Below are positions 54,721-63,567 of a stretch of 64,000 nucleotides of DNA, piece by piece. How positions within the stretch are numbered: the stretch's first letter is position 1; each line of letters opens with the position of its first letter. The DNA lies in assembly GCA_035528415.1 (NCBI GenBank), contig DATKYQ010000044.1:4473-68472 (forward strand). The letters are read 5' to 3'. This stretch comes from Myxococcota bacterium. GTDB lineage: Bacteria; Myxococcota; B64-G9. The notes beneath the pieces were generated by a model. It saw only the letters and a list, made by a program, of their open reading frames with translations, had not been told where the DNA came from and did no database searches. The position numbers were made by a program, and so were the translations under genes.

Positions 54721-55413
54721 TTACCGAATCGTCACACCGCCGGCCGTGTAATCACAGAAGGGACGCGTGTTGCCACCCTCGGTGCTCTGGGAGGCAAGGC
54801 ATCCCTCGCGGCCGCACAGGTCAAGGCACAGGCTTGGGACAACCTCGACCCGGCTGCCTGCTACGACTCCCGCCGCGTTGCCCTCATCGGTGTCCAGGTG
54901 CAACTCGGTCAGAAATTTGTCGCTCACCCGCACGACGATTTCATCGAAGATCAGCGAGCGCGGCCCCGGAAAGTGAACATACACCTTCTGGCCGTTTGTT
55001 ACTCCGAGCCTGCGGGCGTCCTGCGGTGTCGCGTGGATGTGGCGCACGGCGCAGATGCAGCCCGAGTTCAGCCGAACCGCCCCGCGGGGTCCAATCAGAT
55101 CGGCGCCCGGTGTGCCCGCCAGGTCGCCGGACAGGCGCACGGGCACGTTTATACCCAAGGCAACCCCGTCGCTTACCGACAACTCCACCTGGCTCGCGCC
55201 GCGGGGAGGGCCGAGAATTCGCACCCCGGGAATCGAGCGCCGCGGTCCGACGACCTCCAGCGTCTCGCGCGCGGCATACTGGCCCGGCTGGGACAAGGCG
55301 GACACAGGGGTCAGGCGGTAGCCGTGCCCGAAAAGCTCTTCCACATGCCGATCAGACAGGTGAACGTGCCGGGCCGAGAGGGCGACCGGGATGGTGCGAT
55401 CTCCGTTTTCCAT
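54721..55413 (-). CDS. pduL: Phosphotransacylase PduL (phosphate propanoyl/acetyltransferase)
   Basis: Two PduL-type repeats with metal-binding His motifs: SARHVHLSDRHVEELFG and ICAVRHIHATPQDARRLGV; 230 aa. Confidence 0.85.
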   Translation of the reverse strand: MENGDRTIPVALSARHVHLSDRHVEELFGHGYRLTPVSALSQPGQYAARETLEVVGPRRSIPGVRILGPPRGASQVELSVSDGVALGINVPVRLSGDLAGTPGADLIGPRGAVRLNSGCICAVRHIHATPQDARRLGVTNGQKVYVHFPGPRSLIFDEIVVRVSDKFLTELHLDTDEGNAAGVVAGSRVEVVPSLCLDLCGREGCLASQSTEGGNTRPFCDYTAGGVTIR

Positions 55414-55457
55414 ATGATCCGGGCCCGGGCAACGCCAGTCAGGCGGCCCTTATATTG

Positions 55458-56033
55458 TTACTTCGCCTTCAGGGAGTTCATGGCCTTGCCGACGGTGGCC
55501 GCCTCGCCCGGGCACTTCTGCGAAAAATCCATCATGACCTTCTGCATCTCGATCATGGTGGGCGCCATTAAAGCCACCAATTGCTGACCCATCTTGGCCG
55601 CATCGGGTCCCTTCATGTTCTTGCTCATCTCCTTCATTTTCTTAGAACACATCTCGATTTCGGCCTTGTTCTTCTCGACGTAGGCCGTGGCGGCAGCGGC
55701 CGCTTTCTTGCAATCCGGCATGCCGCCCTTGACGGCCTGCGTCACCTGGTTGATGTGCGCGACCATCTTCTTCATGTGCTCGGGCGCGGTCGAGGTGTCG
55801 ACGTTCTTGGCCATCTCGGCCGCGGCCGCGACGGCTTTGGCTGCGTCATCCTTGGCTGCCTCGGCGGCGCCCTCGACTGCCTCGGCTGCGCCCTCGACTG
55901 CCTCGGCGGCGCCCTCGGCTGCCTTGACGGCACCCTCGGCGGGCGCGTTCTCGTCGGTCTTCTTGTTGCAGCCAAGCGCCATGAGACTCGCGATTGCCAA
56001 CATGGTAACGAAAATCTTCAGAATCCGGTTCAT
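55458..56033 (-). CDS. Lys/Ala/Glu-rich lipoprotein with AEAVEGA tandem repeats
   Basis: ATG at 56033 gives MNRILKIFVTMLAIASLMALGC (lipobox); repeats AEGAVKAAEGAAEAVEGAAEAVEGAAEAAKD encoded by 21-nt DNA tandem repeats; visibly lower GC and Lys-rich compared with neighbours. Confidence 0.55.
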   Translation of the reverse strand: MNRILKIFVTMLAIASLMALGCNKKTDENAPAEGAVKAAEGAAEAVEGAAEAVEGAAEAAKDDAAKAVAAAAEMAKNVDTSTAPEHMKKMVAHINQVTQAVKGGMPDCKKAAAAATAYVEKNKAEIEMCSKKMKEMSKNMKGPDAAKMGQQLVALMAPTMIEMQKVMMDFSQKCPGEAATVGKAMNSLKAK

Positions 56034-56251
56034 GTCTTCCTCCTCCGAGGTTTTTGTACCCCGTCCATACGGGACACCAAGAACTTCATCCCGTATAACC
56101 GGGCAATCTATATCCACGACAAGTCGCCACAGTATCCCTCCCCGGAACGAATTTCAAGTATGTTCTTTCCGTCATCGAGAAACTGCGGACTTGAACGAAA
56201 CCGCCTTTCCCCCTAGTGTTATATGGAACAGAAAAAAGGGGAGACGATCTC

Positions 56252-59200
56252 ATGATCACAGAGAAACCAGGCAGGCTATCTTTGTCCCGCGCTTTCTTGC
56301 TGCCGGCGCTTGCCGGCCTGTTGTTGTCGGCCTGCGGCTCGGACAAGGCAGGCTCGAAGTGCGGCGACTGCTCCACGCTCGACGGGCCCTGCAGCCAGGG
56401 AGCCTGCAACGAAGACACCCGCGAGTGCTTCGCCGATGCGATTAACGAGGGCACCGACTGCAGTGACGGCGACAAGTGTACACTCGACGACAGCTGTCAG
56501 GCCGGGCAGTGTGTGGGCACGCCCATGGAGTGCACCGAGCAGGTGTCCGAGTGCGTGGCCGGTGTGTGTGACAAGGGCGAGTGCACATACCCAGCTCGGC
56601 CGGACGGCACGGCCTGCATCAGCAAGACAGATGAGTGCAACGACGGCCAGTGCCTGGCCGGCGAGTGCAGCGCCGTTGTGAAAGCCGACCAGACACCCTG
56701 CAACGACGGCGACTGGTGTACCACCCCCGACAGTTGCGCAGCCGGCGTCTGCGATGGTACGGCACGCAACTGCTCGGACGGTCTCGACTGCACCAGCGAC
56801 TCGTGCGACCCGGATCGTAACGCCTGCGGCTACCAGGTGGCCGCAGACAACTGCCTGATCGCCGGCAACTGTTTCGCGGACGGTGACCCCAACCCGGACA
56901 ATTCCTGCCAGGAATGCGCTGCCGCCATGAACCAACAGGACTGGTTCAACGATGACAGCAACGCCTGCGATGACGGCAACCTGTGCACGGATCCGGATGG
57001 GTGCACGGACGGGGTATGCTCGGGAACGCCCGTTTCCGGCTGCTGCCTTGCCGACGGCGATTGCGGCGACGGCAAGGACTGCACTACTGATGTCTGCAAC
57101 ACGGCGGACGGCACCTGCACGAACGGCGTCGATGCCGGATATTGTCTGATCGGCGACCTGTGCGTTACCGACGGCACCCTCAACCCGGCCAATGCCTGCC
57201 AGTCCTGTATCGCTGTGACAAACCAGACCGGCTGGGCGGACAACAATGATCCCTGCGACGACGGATTGTACTGCACAACGGACGACCATTGCGGCGGCGG
57301 ATCGTGCCAGGGCACCAGCGGCACGATCTGCGATGACGGCGTAGACTGTACCGACGATGTCTGCAACGAATCGGCCCAGAGTTGTTCTCATGCGCCCTCT
57401 GCCGGCCAGTGCCTGATCGGCGGCACCTGCTTCGCGGCGGGAGCACTCAACCCGAACAACGACTGCCAAGAGTGTATTCCGGCAGGCAGCCAGACAGACT
57501 GGAGCGCCGACGACAGCAACACCTGCGACGACGGAAACAACTGCACCGACTCCGACCACTGCAGCGCAGGCACCTGCACCGGAACGCCCATTCCCAACTG
57601 TTGCACCAGCGACGCGGAATGTAACGACAACCTGGATTGCACCAGCGACAGCTGCACGCTGGCCACAGGCGCCTGCACAAACTCCGTCAATGCCGGCCAG
57701 TGCCTGATCGCGGGCGCCTGCTACGCCAACGGAATTCCCAACCCCAACAACAACTGCCAGGCCTGCGCGGCAGGCACTGTCCAGGACACCTGGTCGCCGG
57801 CCAACGAAGGCGCCGAGTGCGGCGGGATCTGCCAGGCATGCCAGGGTGGAACATGCGCAAACATGCCCGACACGGGCGACGCCGATCCCTTCGGCGAATG
57901 CCCGCCCTGCCGCGTGTGCGACGGGTCCGGCGGCTGTCGTAACGCCCAAAACGGCACCGACCCCAAGAACGACTGCCAGGCGGCCGAGTGCGTCTTCGAC
58001 GTTTGCCAGGCAGGCTCCTGCAACATGACATCGGGCACGCAGTGTACCGACAGCGACCAAGGCGACTGCAACGACGCCCAGTGCAATAGCCTGGGCACTT
58101 GCCTGCAGGACTTCGCCTACGAGGCATCCGGCTACGCCTGCGATGACGCAGACGCCTGTACCACTCCAGATCAGTGCGACACGTTGGGACAGTGCGCGGG
58201 CGCTGCACTGGCGCCCGATCCCGATCCCGATTCGGTTGTTTCGGCAACCAGCGCCTGCCTGACCTACTCCACGAACTCCCGCACGGTAGTCAGCGTCGCC
58301 CTGAACGACACGGGCGGAACCCCGATCGGCGCCGCCACGGTGACCATCGAGGCCGACGACGCAGGCATCAGCTGGAGCGGCCCGGTCGTAGAATCGGCCG
58401 TTGCGCCGGGAGTCTACTTCCGCGTCATGCAAACCCCGGCGGCGCAGATTCCGGGCGACGACACCGTGGTATCGGTAAGCGCGCATTCGGGGTCTGGCGC
58501 CTGTCAGTCTTCCGAGGAAGCAATGAACACGACCGCAACTATCGTCTTCGCCGCGCAGACCGCGGCGGGAGCCGCGGCCGGCACCGGCGGCTGCCCGATC
58601 GACAACAATCTCAGGGTGCGCGTCATTGACGCCCGCGATTCGAGCCCCATAGCCGGCGCCTACGTCATGGTGGGCCTCGCCCCTGGCGACGTTTTCGAAG
58701 ACGACTTCGAGCAAGTCCTTTCGGGCGCGGCCAGCCTGACAAACGCCGGGCGGGCCGATACCGGCGGGATGATTGAGTTCGAGGACCAGGGCACGGCCCT
58801 GGATGGGCCGCAGATTGTAACAGCCGGTTTCGACAACATGAGTTACACGAGCATGGTCGACGTCGACGCGGCCGACATCGTCATCTCGCTGACCCCTATT
58901 AGCGCCATCCCGGCCATGGCGAAGATCGCGGGCTCGGTGACCGGGTTGCCGATCGTAAGCTACGACGACATCGTCAATGCGGCCATGGTTATCAACCAGT
59001 TCAATATGGACAGCCTGGTCAAGTTCAGGTTCGACGATCTGCTGGCCCAGGAGGAAGACTGCTGGCTGGCGGCCTCCATCTTTCTGCTGGGCGACCAGTG
59101 GGCGTCCATGCCGGCCAACATCGACGTTCCCCAGCAAACCGAGAGATATATCTTTCCCGTGACTATCAACCCGCACTTCTACCAAACCGTCCCGCTCGAG

Positions 59201-60148
59201 GTGGGATCCGTCGATCAACATATAGTGGCGCTGGGCGGAACGGTGCCCTTCGGCGATATCGTCAATATCCTGATGAACGGCGGCAGCCTGGCAGGCCTCG
59301 TCAACTTGCTCAGTGTGGACCGCATCGGCCTGATCACCCGAAACCAGATAAGCGGCAACGAGAACAACGTCTCCATCGCAGCCGACACGGCGCTCAACGC
59401 CAATATAAGCTGCGCGATTTCGAACAAACCGGTTTCCCTTTCGGGAAGCGATGACCTGTGCCTGACCTTAGGCGACTGGGACGGTACGCTGGGCGACGGC
59501 CCTATGTTCATCATGGGATTCCGGGCGCTTTCGGGAGGTTCCGGCATGCTCAGCAACGTGCCCGGCTCGGGCGCCTTTTCCGGAATCGGCCGCTTAGGAA
59601 TGGCAGTTTTGGCCTATCTCGATTCGAGCACTTTACCCGGCGGCGACGAATGGAAAAGCGGGGCCACCTCGGGCATCCTCGACCGCTCGGGCAGCTTGAG
59701 CCCGTCCGGCGGCGCCTTGGATTTCGACAACGACTTTCTGGAGATCACGCCGCTGAACCGCTCCGGCAGAAGCTTCCAGTGGAACCAGGTGTCGACGGCC
59801 AATACTCAGGCGCACTTTTCTGAACACGACATCGACCTGATCGAGTCGACAACCACCTGGATCGGCTCGGAGTGCGATGACGTCACCGAGGATGTCTGGC
59901 GCAACACCTATTGGAGAATATTGGCCCCGGCCGGCACGACCTCTTTCAACCTGCCCAATCTGCCCGCCGGCTGGCCGCGCGCCGCCGACGGCGGGCTGGC
60001 CGCCCCGGGCGCCGACGAACGTTTCAACTGGTCGTTCTCGGCCCTGCACATGCAGCCGCTTTCGGCATCCTTCGATTTCAACCATTTCGACTTCGCCGCA
60101 GCGCTCGGACTCGCCACCCATACATCCAGCAACAGCACAGATTTCTGA
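56252..60148 (+). CDS. Giant (about 1300 aa) lipoprotein with N-terminal Cys-rich repeats (about 10 units) and large Cys-free C-terminal domain
   Basis: ATG 56252 with GGGGAG RBS; lipoprotein signal LSRAFLLPALAGLLLSAC; repeats C-x-DG-x-x-CT-x-DD-x-C-x-AG-x-C and CDDG[NL]xCTD; C-terminal 650 aa devoid of Cys. Confidence 0.75.
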   Translation: MITEKPGRLSLSRAFLLPALAGLLLSACGSDKAGSKCGDCSTLDGPCSQGACNEDTRECFADAINEGTDCSDGDKCTLDDSCQAGQCVGTPMECTEQVSECVAGVCDKGECTYPARPDGTACISKTDECNDGQCLAGECSAVVKADQTPCNDGDWCTTPDSCAAGVCDGTARNCSDGLDCTSDSCDPDRNACGYQVAADNCLIAGNCFADGDPNPDNSCQECAAAMNQQDWFNDDSNACDDGNLCTDPDGCTDGVCSGTPVSGCCLADGDCGDGKDCTTDVCNTADGTCTNGVDAGYCLIGDLCVTDGTLNPANACQSCIAVTNQTGWADNNDPCDDGLYCTTDDHCGGGSCQGTSGTICDDGVDCTDDVCNESAQSCSHAPSAGQCLIGGTCFAAGALNPNNDCQECIPAGSQTDWSADDSNTCDDGNNCTDSDHCSAGTCTGTPIPNCCTSDAECNDNLDCTSDSCTLATGACTNSVNAGQCLIAGACYANGIPNPNNNCQACAAGTVQDTWSPANEGAECGGICQACQGGTCANMPDTGDADPFGECPPCRVCDGSGGCRNAQNGTDPKNDCQAAECVFDVCQAGSCNMTSGTQCTDSDQGDCNDAQCNSLGTCLQDFAYEASGYACDDADACTTPDQCDTLGQCAGAALAPDPDPDSVVSATSACLTYSTNSRTVVSVALNDTGGTPIGAATVTIEADDAGISWSGPVVESAVAPGVYFRVMQTPAAQIPGDDTVVSVSAHSGSGACQSSEEAMNTTATIVFAAQTAAGAAAGTGGCPIDNNLRVRVIDARDSSPIAGAYVMVGLAPGDVFEDDFEQVLSGAASLTNAGRADTGGMIEFEDQGTALDGPQIVTAGFDNMSYTSMVDVDAADIVISLTPISAIPAMAKIAGSVTGLPIVSYDDIVNAAMVINQFNMDSLVKFRFDDLLAQEEDCWLAASIFLLGDQWASMPANIDVPQQTERYIFPVTINPHFYQTVPLEVGSVDQHIVALGGTVPFGDIVNILMNGGSLAGLVNLLSVDRIGLITRNQISGNENNVSIAADTALNANISCAISNKPVSLSGSDDLCLTLGDWDGTLGDGPMFIMGFRALSGGSGMLSNVPGSGAFSGIGRLGMAVLAYLDSSTLPGGDEWKSGATSGILDRSGSLSPSGGALDFDNDFLEITPLNRSGRSFQWNQVSTANTQAHFSEHDIDLIESTTTWIGSECDDVTEDVWRNTYWRILAPAGTTSFNLPNLPAGWPRAADGGLAAPGADERFNWSFSALHMQPLSASFDFNHFDFAAALGLATHTSSNSTDF

Positions 60149-60212
60149 GATTAATTGACTCCCGTGTGCCGCATGCCGTAGGCTGTGCCGGTCGGGAAGC
60201 TACTCCGGAGGA

Positions 60213-62396
60213 ATGCCGGTGGAACACATGACGGACGAGGGGCAGGAGCCCCAGATCGATCTGCGCGATTACTGGAACGTGGTCCTGAAGCGCAAGTGGA
60301 CGGTGCTGGCTTTCTTCGTGGTGATCGTCACATTGGTCACCATCTTCACCCTGCGTCAAACCAAGATCTACGAGGCGAAAGCCTCGGTGGTCATCGAGCC
60401 CTACGCCCCGCAGGTACTCGGCAACGTCAGGGAGGTGTACAACCTGGGTGCGGGATCCTACTGGAGCAATAAGGAGTACTACGAGACCCAGTACAACGTA
60501 ATCACCAGCCGTACCGTGGCCCTGAAGGTCGTGCAGTTGCTCAGGCTCGAGGGCAACAAGGAATTTCTTGGAATCGACAAGCTGGCCGCGGACGACCAGA
60601 AAAGCTTTATGGAGAATTCTATCAACTATGCCGACCTGGTCCGCGGCATGCTAGAGGTGGAGCCGGTCAAGGACAGCCGCACGGCCTACATCAAGGCCCG
60701 CCACCGCTCTCCCAAGTGGGCCCCGCGAATCGCCAACGCGGCAGTCAACGCTTACATCGATTACAACCGCCAGACCCGGCGCAAGGTCACCCAGGACGCC
60801 GCCGGCTGGCTTGGCAGCCAGGCCAGCGTATTGAAGAAACAGATGGAGACCGGCGAGCTGAAGCTATACGAGTTCAAGAAGAGCAACAAGATCCTCTCGG
60901 TTTCGCTGGAAGATCGTCAGAATATCACTTCCCAGCGGCTGCAGGATCTCAACCAGACCATCAACCGCGTCCAGGCCGAGCGCATCACCCTCGAAGGCAG
61001 GCGCAAGCAGATTCTCGACGTCAAAGAGAACCGCCTGCCGCTGGACTCGGTAGACAAGGTAATCAGCAACAGCCTGATCCAGCAACTGAAGGAATCCTAC
61101 GTTAAATTAAAAGAGCAGAAGACCGAGCTGGGCGCCAAGTACCTGCCCGACCATCCGCGCTACAAGGTGATCGAGAACAAGCTCAAGCTCATTCGCAACA
61201 ACATCGACCGGGAGATTGCCAACGTCATGGAGAGCCTCGAGTCCGAGTACCGGGCCAAGCAGGATAGCGAGGCGTCGCTGCGCCGGGAGTTAACCAAGGT
61301 TAAGAGCGAGGCTCAAGATATCAACAAGAGAGAACTCGGCTACAACCGGCTAAAGCGGGTCGCCGACAATTACGCCACCCTGTACAAGCATGTGCTGACG
61401 CGCCAGAAGGAAGCCGGCCTGGCCGCCCACCAGGAAACCAATAACATCTACAAACTCGACTCGGCGATCGAGCCTTTATTTCCCGTCTACCCACGCGTCA
61501 AGCTCAACATCCTGCTGGCGGTCGTGGTCGGGCTGCTGGGCGGAATCGGACTGGCATTTTTCCTGGAGTATCTCGACAACACCATAAAGAACCAGGAAGA
61601 CGTGGAGCGCTACTTGCAGGTTCCCTTCCTGGGCATCATCCCCAGTATCAAGCTGGACCCACACACCGAAGAAGGACAGGACACCCCCCAGCGGGACACT
61701 TACCTTATCAGCCATCCCAAGAGCTCGGTGGCCGAGTGCTGTCGCACGGTACGCACCAATATCCTGTTCATGTCTCCGGAGAAGCCTTCCCGCCGAATCC
61801 TGGTGACGTCCGCCGGCCCCCAGGAGGGCAAGAGCACCGTGGTGATCAACCTGGGCACGACCATGGCCCAGAGCGGTTCAAAGGTGCTGCTGATCGACAC
61901 AGACATGCGCCGCCCCCGGCTGCACAAGGCCTTCGGCATCGAGCGCGGCACCGGGCTGACCACCGCCATTCTCGGCGAGGCCGAGATCGACGACGTCATC
62001 CAGCAAACTGAGGTGCCGGGCTTGCGCGTGATGCCCTGCGGCCCGATCCCCCCAAATCCCACCGAGTTGTTCCACACCGAGCGCTTCGCCCAAATCGTCG
62101 CTGAACTGGAGGAAAAGTACGACCGGGTCATCTTCGACAGCCCGCCGGCCGTGATGGTCGCCGATGCACTGATTCTCTCGCGCATGATGGACGGTGTGAT
62201 CATGGTGATCAAGGGAGGCCACACCTCACGGGACATGGTCAGGCGGGCTCTTCGGCAGTTGCAAGACGTCAACGCGCGCATCCTGGGCACGGTGATCAAC
62301 GATCTGGATCTCGAGCAGCGCGAGTACGGCTACTACTACTATCGCCAATACGGCTACTACTACGGAGAGAAAGAAGGCGATGCCACCAATAGTTGA
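60213..62396 (+). CDS. Polysaccharide co-polymerase / tyrosine autokinase (Wzc/EpsB-like BY-kinase)
   Basis: N-terminal TM plus Wzz-like periplasmic coiled-coil domain, second TM (ILLAVVVGLLGGIGLAFFLEY), Walker A GPQEGKST, Walker A-prime and B (VLLIDTDMRRP, VIFDSPP), C-terminal Tyr cluster YGYYYYRQYGYYYGEK. Confidence 0.85.
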   Translation: MPVEHMTDEGQEPQIDLRDYWNVVLKRKWTVLAFFVVIVTLVTIFTLRQTKIYEAKASVVIEPYAPQVLGNVREVYNLGAGSYWSNKEYYETQYNVITSRTVALKVVQLLRLEGNKEFLGIDKLAADDQKSFMENSINYADLVRGMLEVEPVKDSRTAYIKARHRSPKWAPRIANAAVNAYIDYNRQTRRKVTQDAAGWLGSQASVLKKQMETGELKLYEFKKSNKILSVSLEDRQNITSQRLQDLNQTINRVQAERITLEGRRKQILDVKENRLPLDSVDKVISNSLIQQLKESYVKLKEQKTELGAKYLPDHPRYKVIENKLKLIRNNIDREIANVMESLESEYRAKQDSEASLRRELTKVKSEAQDINKRELGYNRLKRVADNYATLYKHVLTRQKEAGLAAHQETNNIYKLDSAIEPLFPVYPRVKLNILLAVVVGLLGGIGLAFFLEYLDNTIKNQEDVERYLQVPFLGIIPSIKLDPHTEEGQDTPQRDTYLISHPKSSVAECCRTVRTNILFMSPEKPSRRILVTSAGPQEGKSTVVINLGTTMAQSGSKVLLIDTDMRRPRLHKAFGIERGTGLTTAILGEAEIDDVIQQTEVPGLRVMPCGPIPPNPTELFHTERFAQIVAELEEKYDRVIFDSPPAVMVADALILSRMMDGVIMVIKGGHTSRDMVRRALRQLQDVNARILGTVINDLDLEQREYGYYYYRQYGYYYGEKEGDATNS

Positions 62397-63561
62397 AGAT
62401 CCGGCGGGCGGCGAGATTCCGCTTCTGGATCTGAGATCCCAGCACCGGCAAATACAGGCGGAAATATTGGCGGCCATCGGCCCGCTGATCGAGCGACAGC
62501 GCTTCATCAACGGCCCGGAGGTGGCACAGTTCGAGTCGGGAGTGGCCGACTACCTGGGAGTCGAGCACGCGATCGGAGTGTCGTCGGGCACGGACGCCCT
62601 GCTGGCCGTGCTCATGGCTCTCGGGGTCGGGCCCGATGACGAAGTCATCACTACCCCCTTCTCTTTCATTGCGACAGCCGAGGTCATCCTGCGCCTGGGG
62701 GCTCGGCCTGTTTTCGCGGACGTCAGCGGCGAGAGTTGTCTCATTCGGCCGTCAGCCGTGCGCAAACTCCTCACCAACCGCACGCGGGCGATCATCCCGG
62801 TGCACCTGTACGGCAAGGTGTGCCAGATGGACGAATTTCTCGATCTTTCGGCCGAACGCGGTATTCCGATCATCGAGGATTGCGCCCAGGCCATGGGAGC
62901 CAGGCAGAACGGACGGGCCGCGGGATCGTTCGGGCTGGCCGGCGCTTTCAGTTTCTTTCCCTCGAAAAATCTCGGGGGCTGGGGCGACGGGGGAATGCTG
63001 ACCACCAATGACGCCGCGCTGGCGCATAAGTTGCGCAGCATTCGCGAGCACGGCGCCGACGACGACATGCGCTACTCTCTTTTGGGCGGCAACTTCCGCC
63101 TGGACACCATCCAGGCCGCTGTTTTAAGCGTCAAGCTCGGGCACCTCGACCAGTGGCTGCAGGCCAGGAAGACGGCGGCGCAGTACTATATCCAGCTCAT
63201 GGTTGAGGCCGGCCTGTCCGCAGGCCAGAACGAGACCCGGCACCCGGGCCATCAACTTCTTCCGCCTCCGGTTTGGGACGAGCCGGATCACGCCTTCAAC
63301 CTCTTCGTCGTCCGGGCGGAGAGACGCGACGCATTGAAGACACACCTCGACTCGGCGGGAATAGGCTGCGCCGTCTACTACCCCACTCCGTTGCACCTGC
63401 AGCCGTGTTTCGCAAAGTTAGGTTACCGCCCGGGGGACTTCCCGGCCGCCGAGGAGGCGGCCCGCAGCGTACTGGCCCTGCCTCTGTACCCCGAGATCGG
63501 CCGCGCCCAGCAAAAAAGGGTGGTGGAAGCCATAGCCGGGTTCTACCACGCCCGGGCCTGA
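62380..63561 (+). CDS. DegT/DnrJ/EryC1/StrS-family PLP-dependent aminotransferase (sugar aminotransferase)
   Basis: LDLRSQHRQIQAEI ... FINGPEVAQFE ... GVSSGTDAL ... ITTPFSFIATAE landmarks; PLP-Lys region FFPSKNLG; 393 aa. Confidence 0.9.
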   Translation: MPPIVEDPAGGEIPLLDLRSQHRQIQAEILAAIGPLIERQRFINGPEVAQFESGVADYLGVEHAIGVSSGTDALLAVLMALGVGPDDEVITTPFSFIATAEVILRLGARPVFADVSGESCLIRPSAVRKLLTNRTRAIIPVHLYGKVCQMDEFLDLSAERGIPIIEDCAQAMGARQNGRAAGSFGLAGAFSFFPSKNLGGWGDGGMLTTNDAALAHKLRSIREHGADDDMRYSLLGGNFRLDTIQAAVLSVKLGHLDQWLQARKTAAQYYIQLMVEAGLSAGQNETRHPGHQLLPPPVWDEPDHAFNLFVVRAERRDALKTHLDSAGIGCAVYYPTPLHLQPCFAKLGYRPGDFPAAEEAARSVLALPLYPEIGRAQQKRVVEAIAGFYHARA

Positions 63562-63567
63562 ACCGAC

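Noticed and set aside
56276-59221. 981-aa minus-strand ORF
   Set aside because: Antisense to the giant Cys-rich lipoprotein gene at 56252..60148. It is a low-complexity Ala/Gly/Val/Arg translation typical of high-GC antisense frames.
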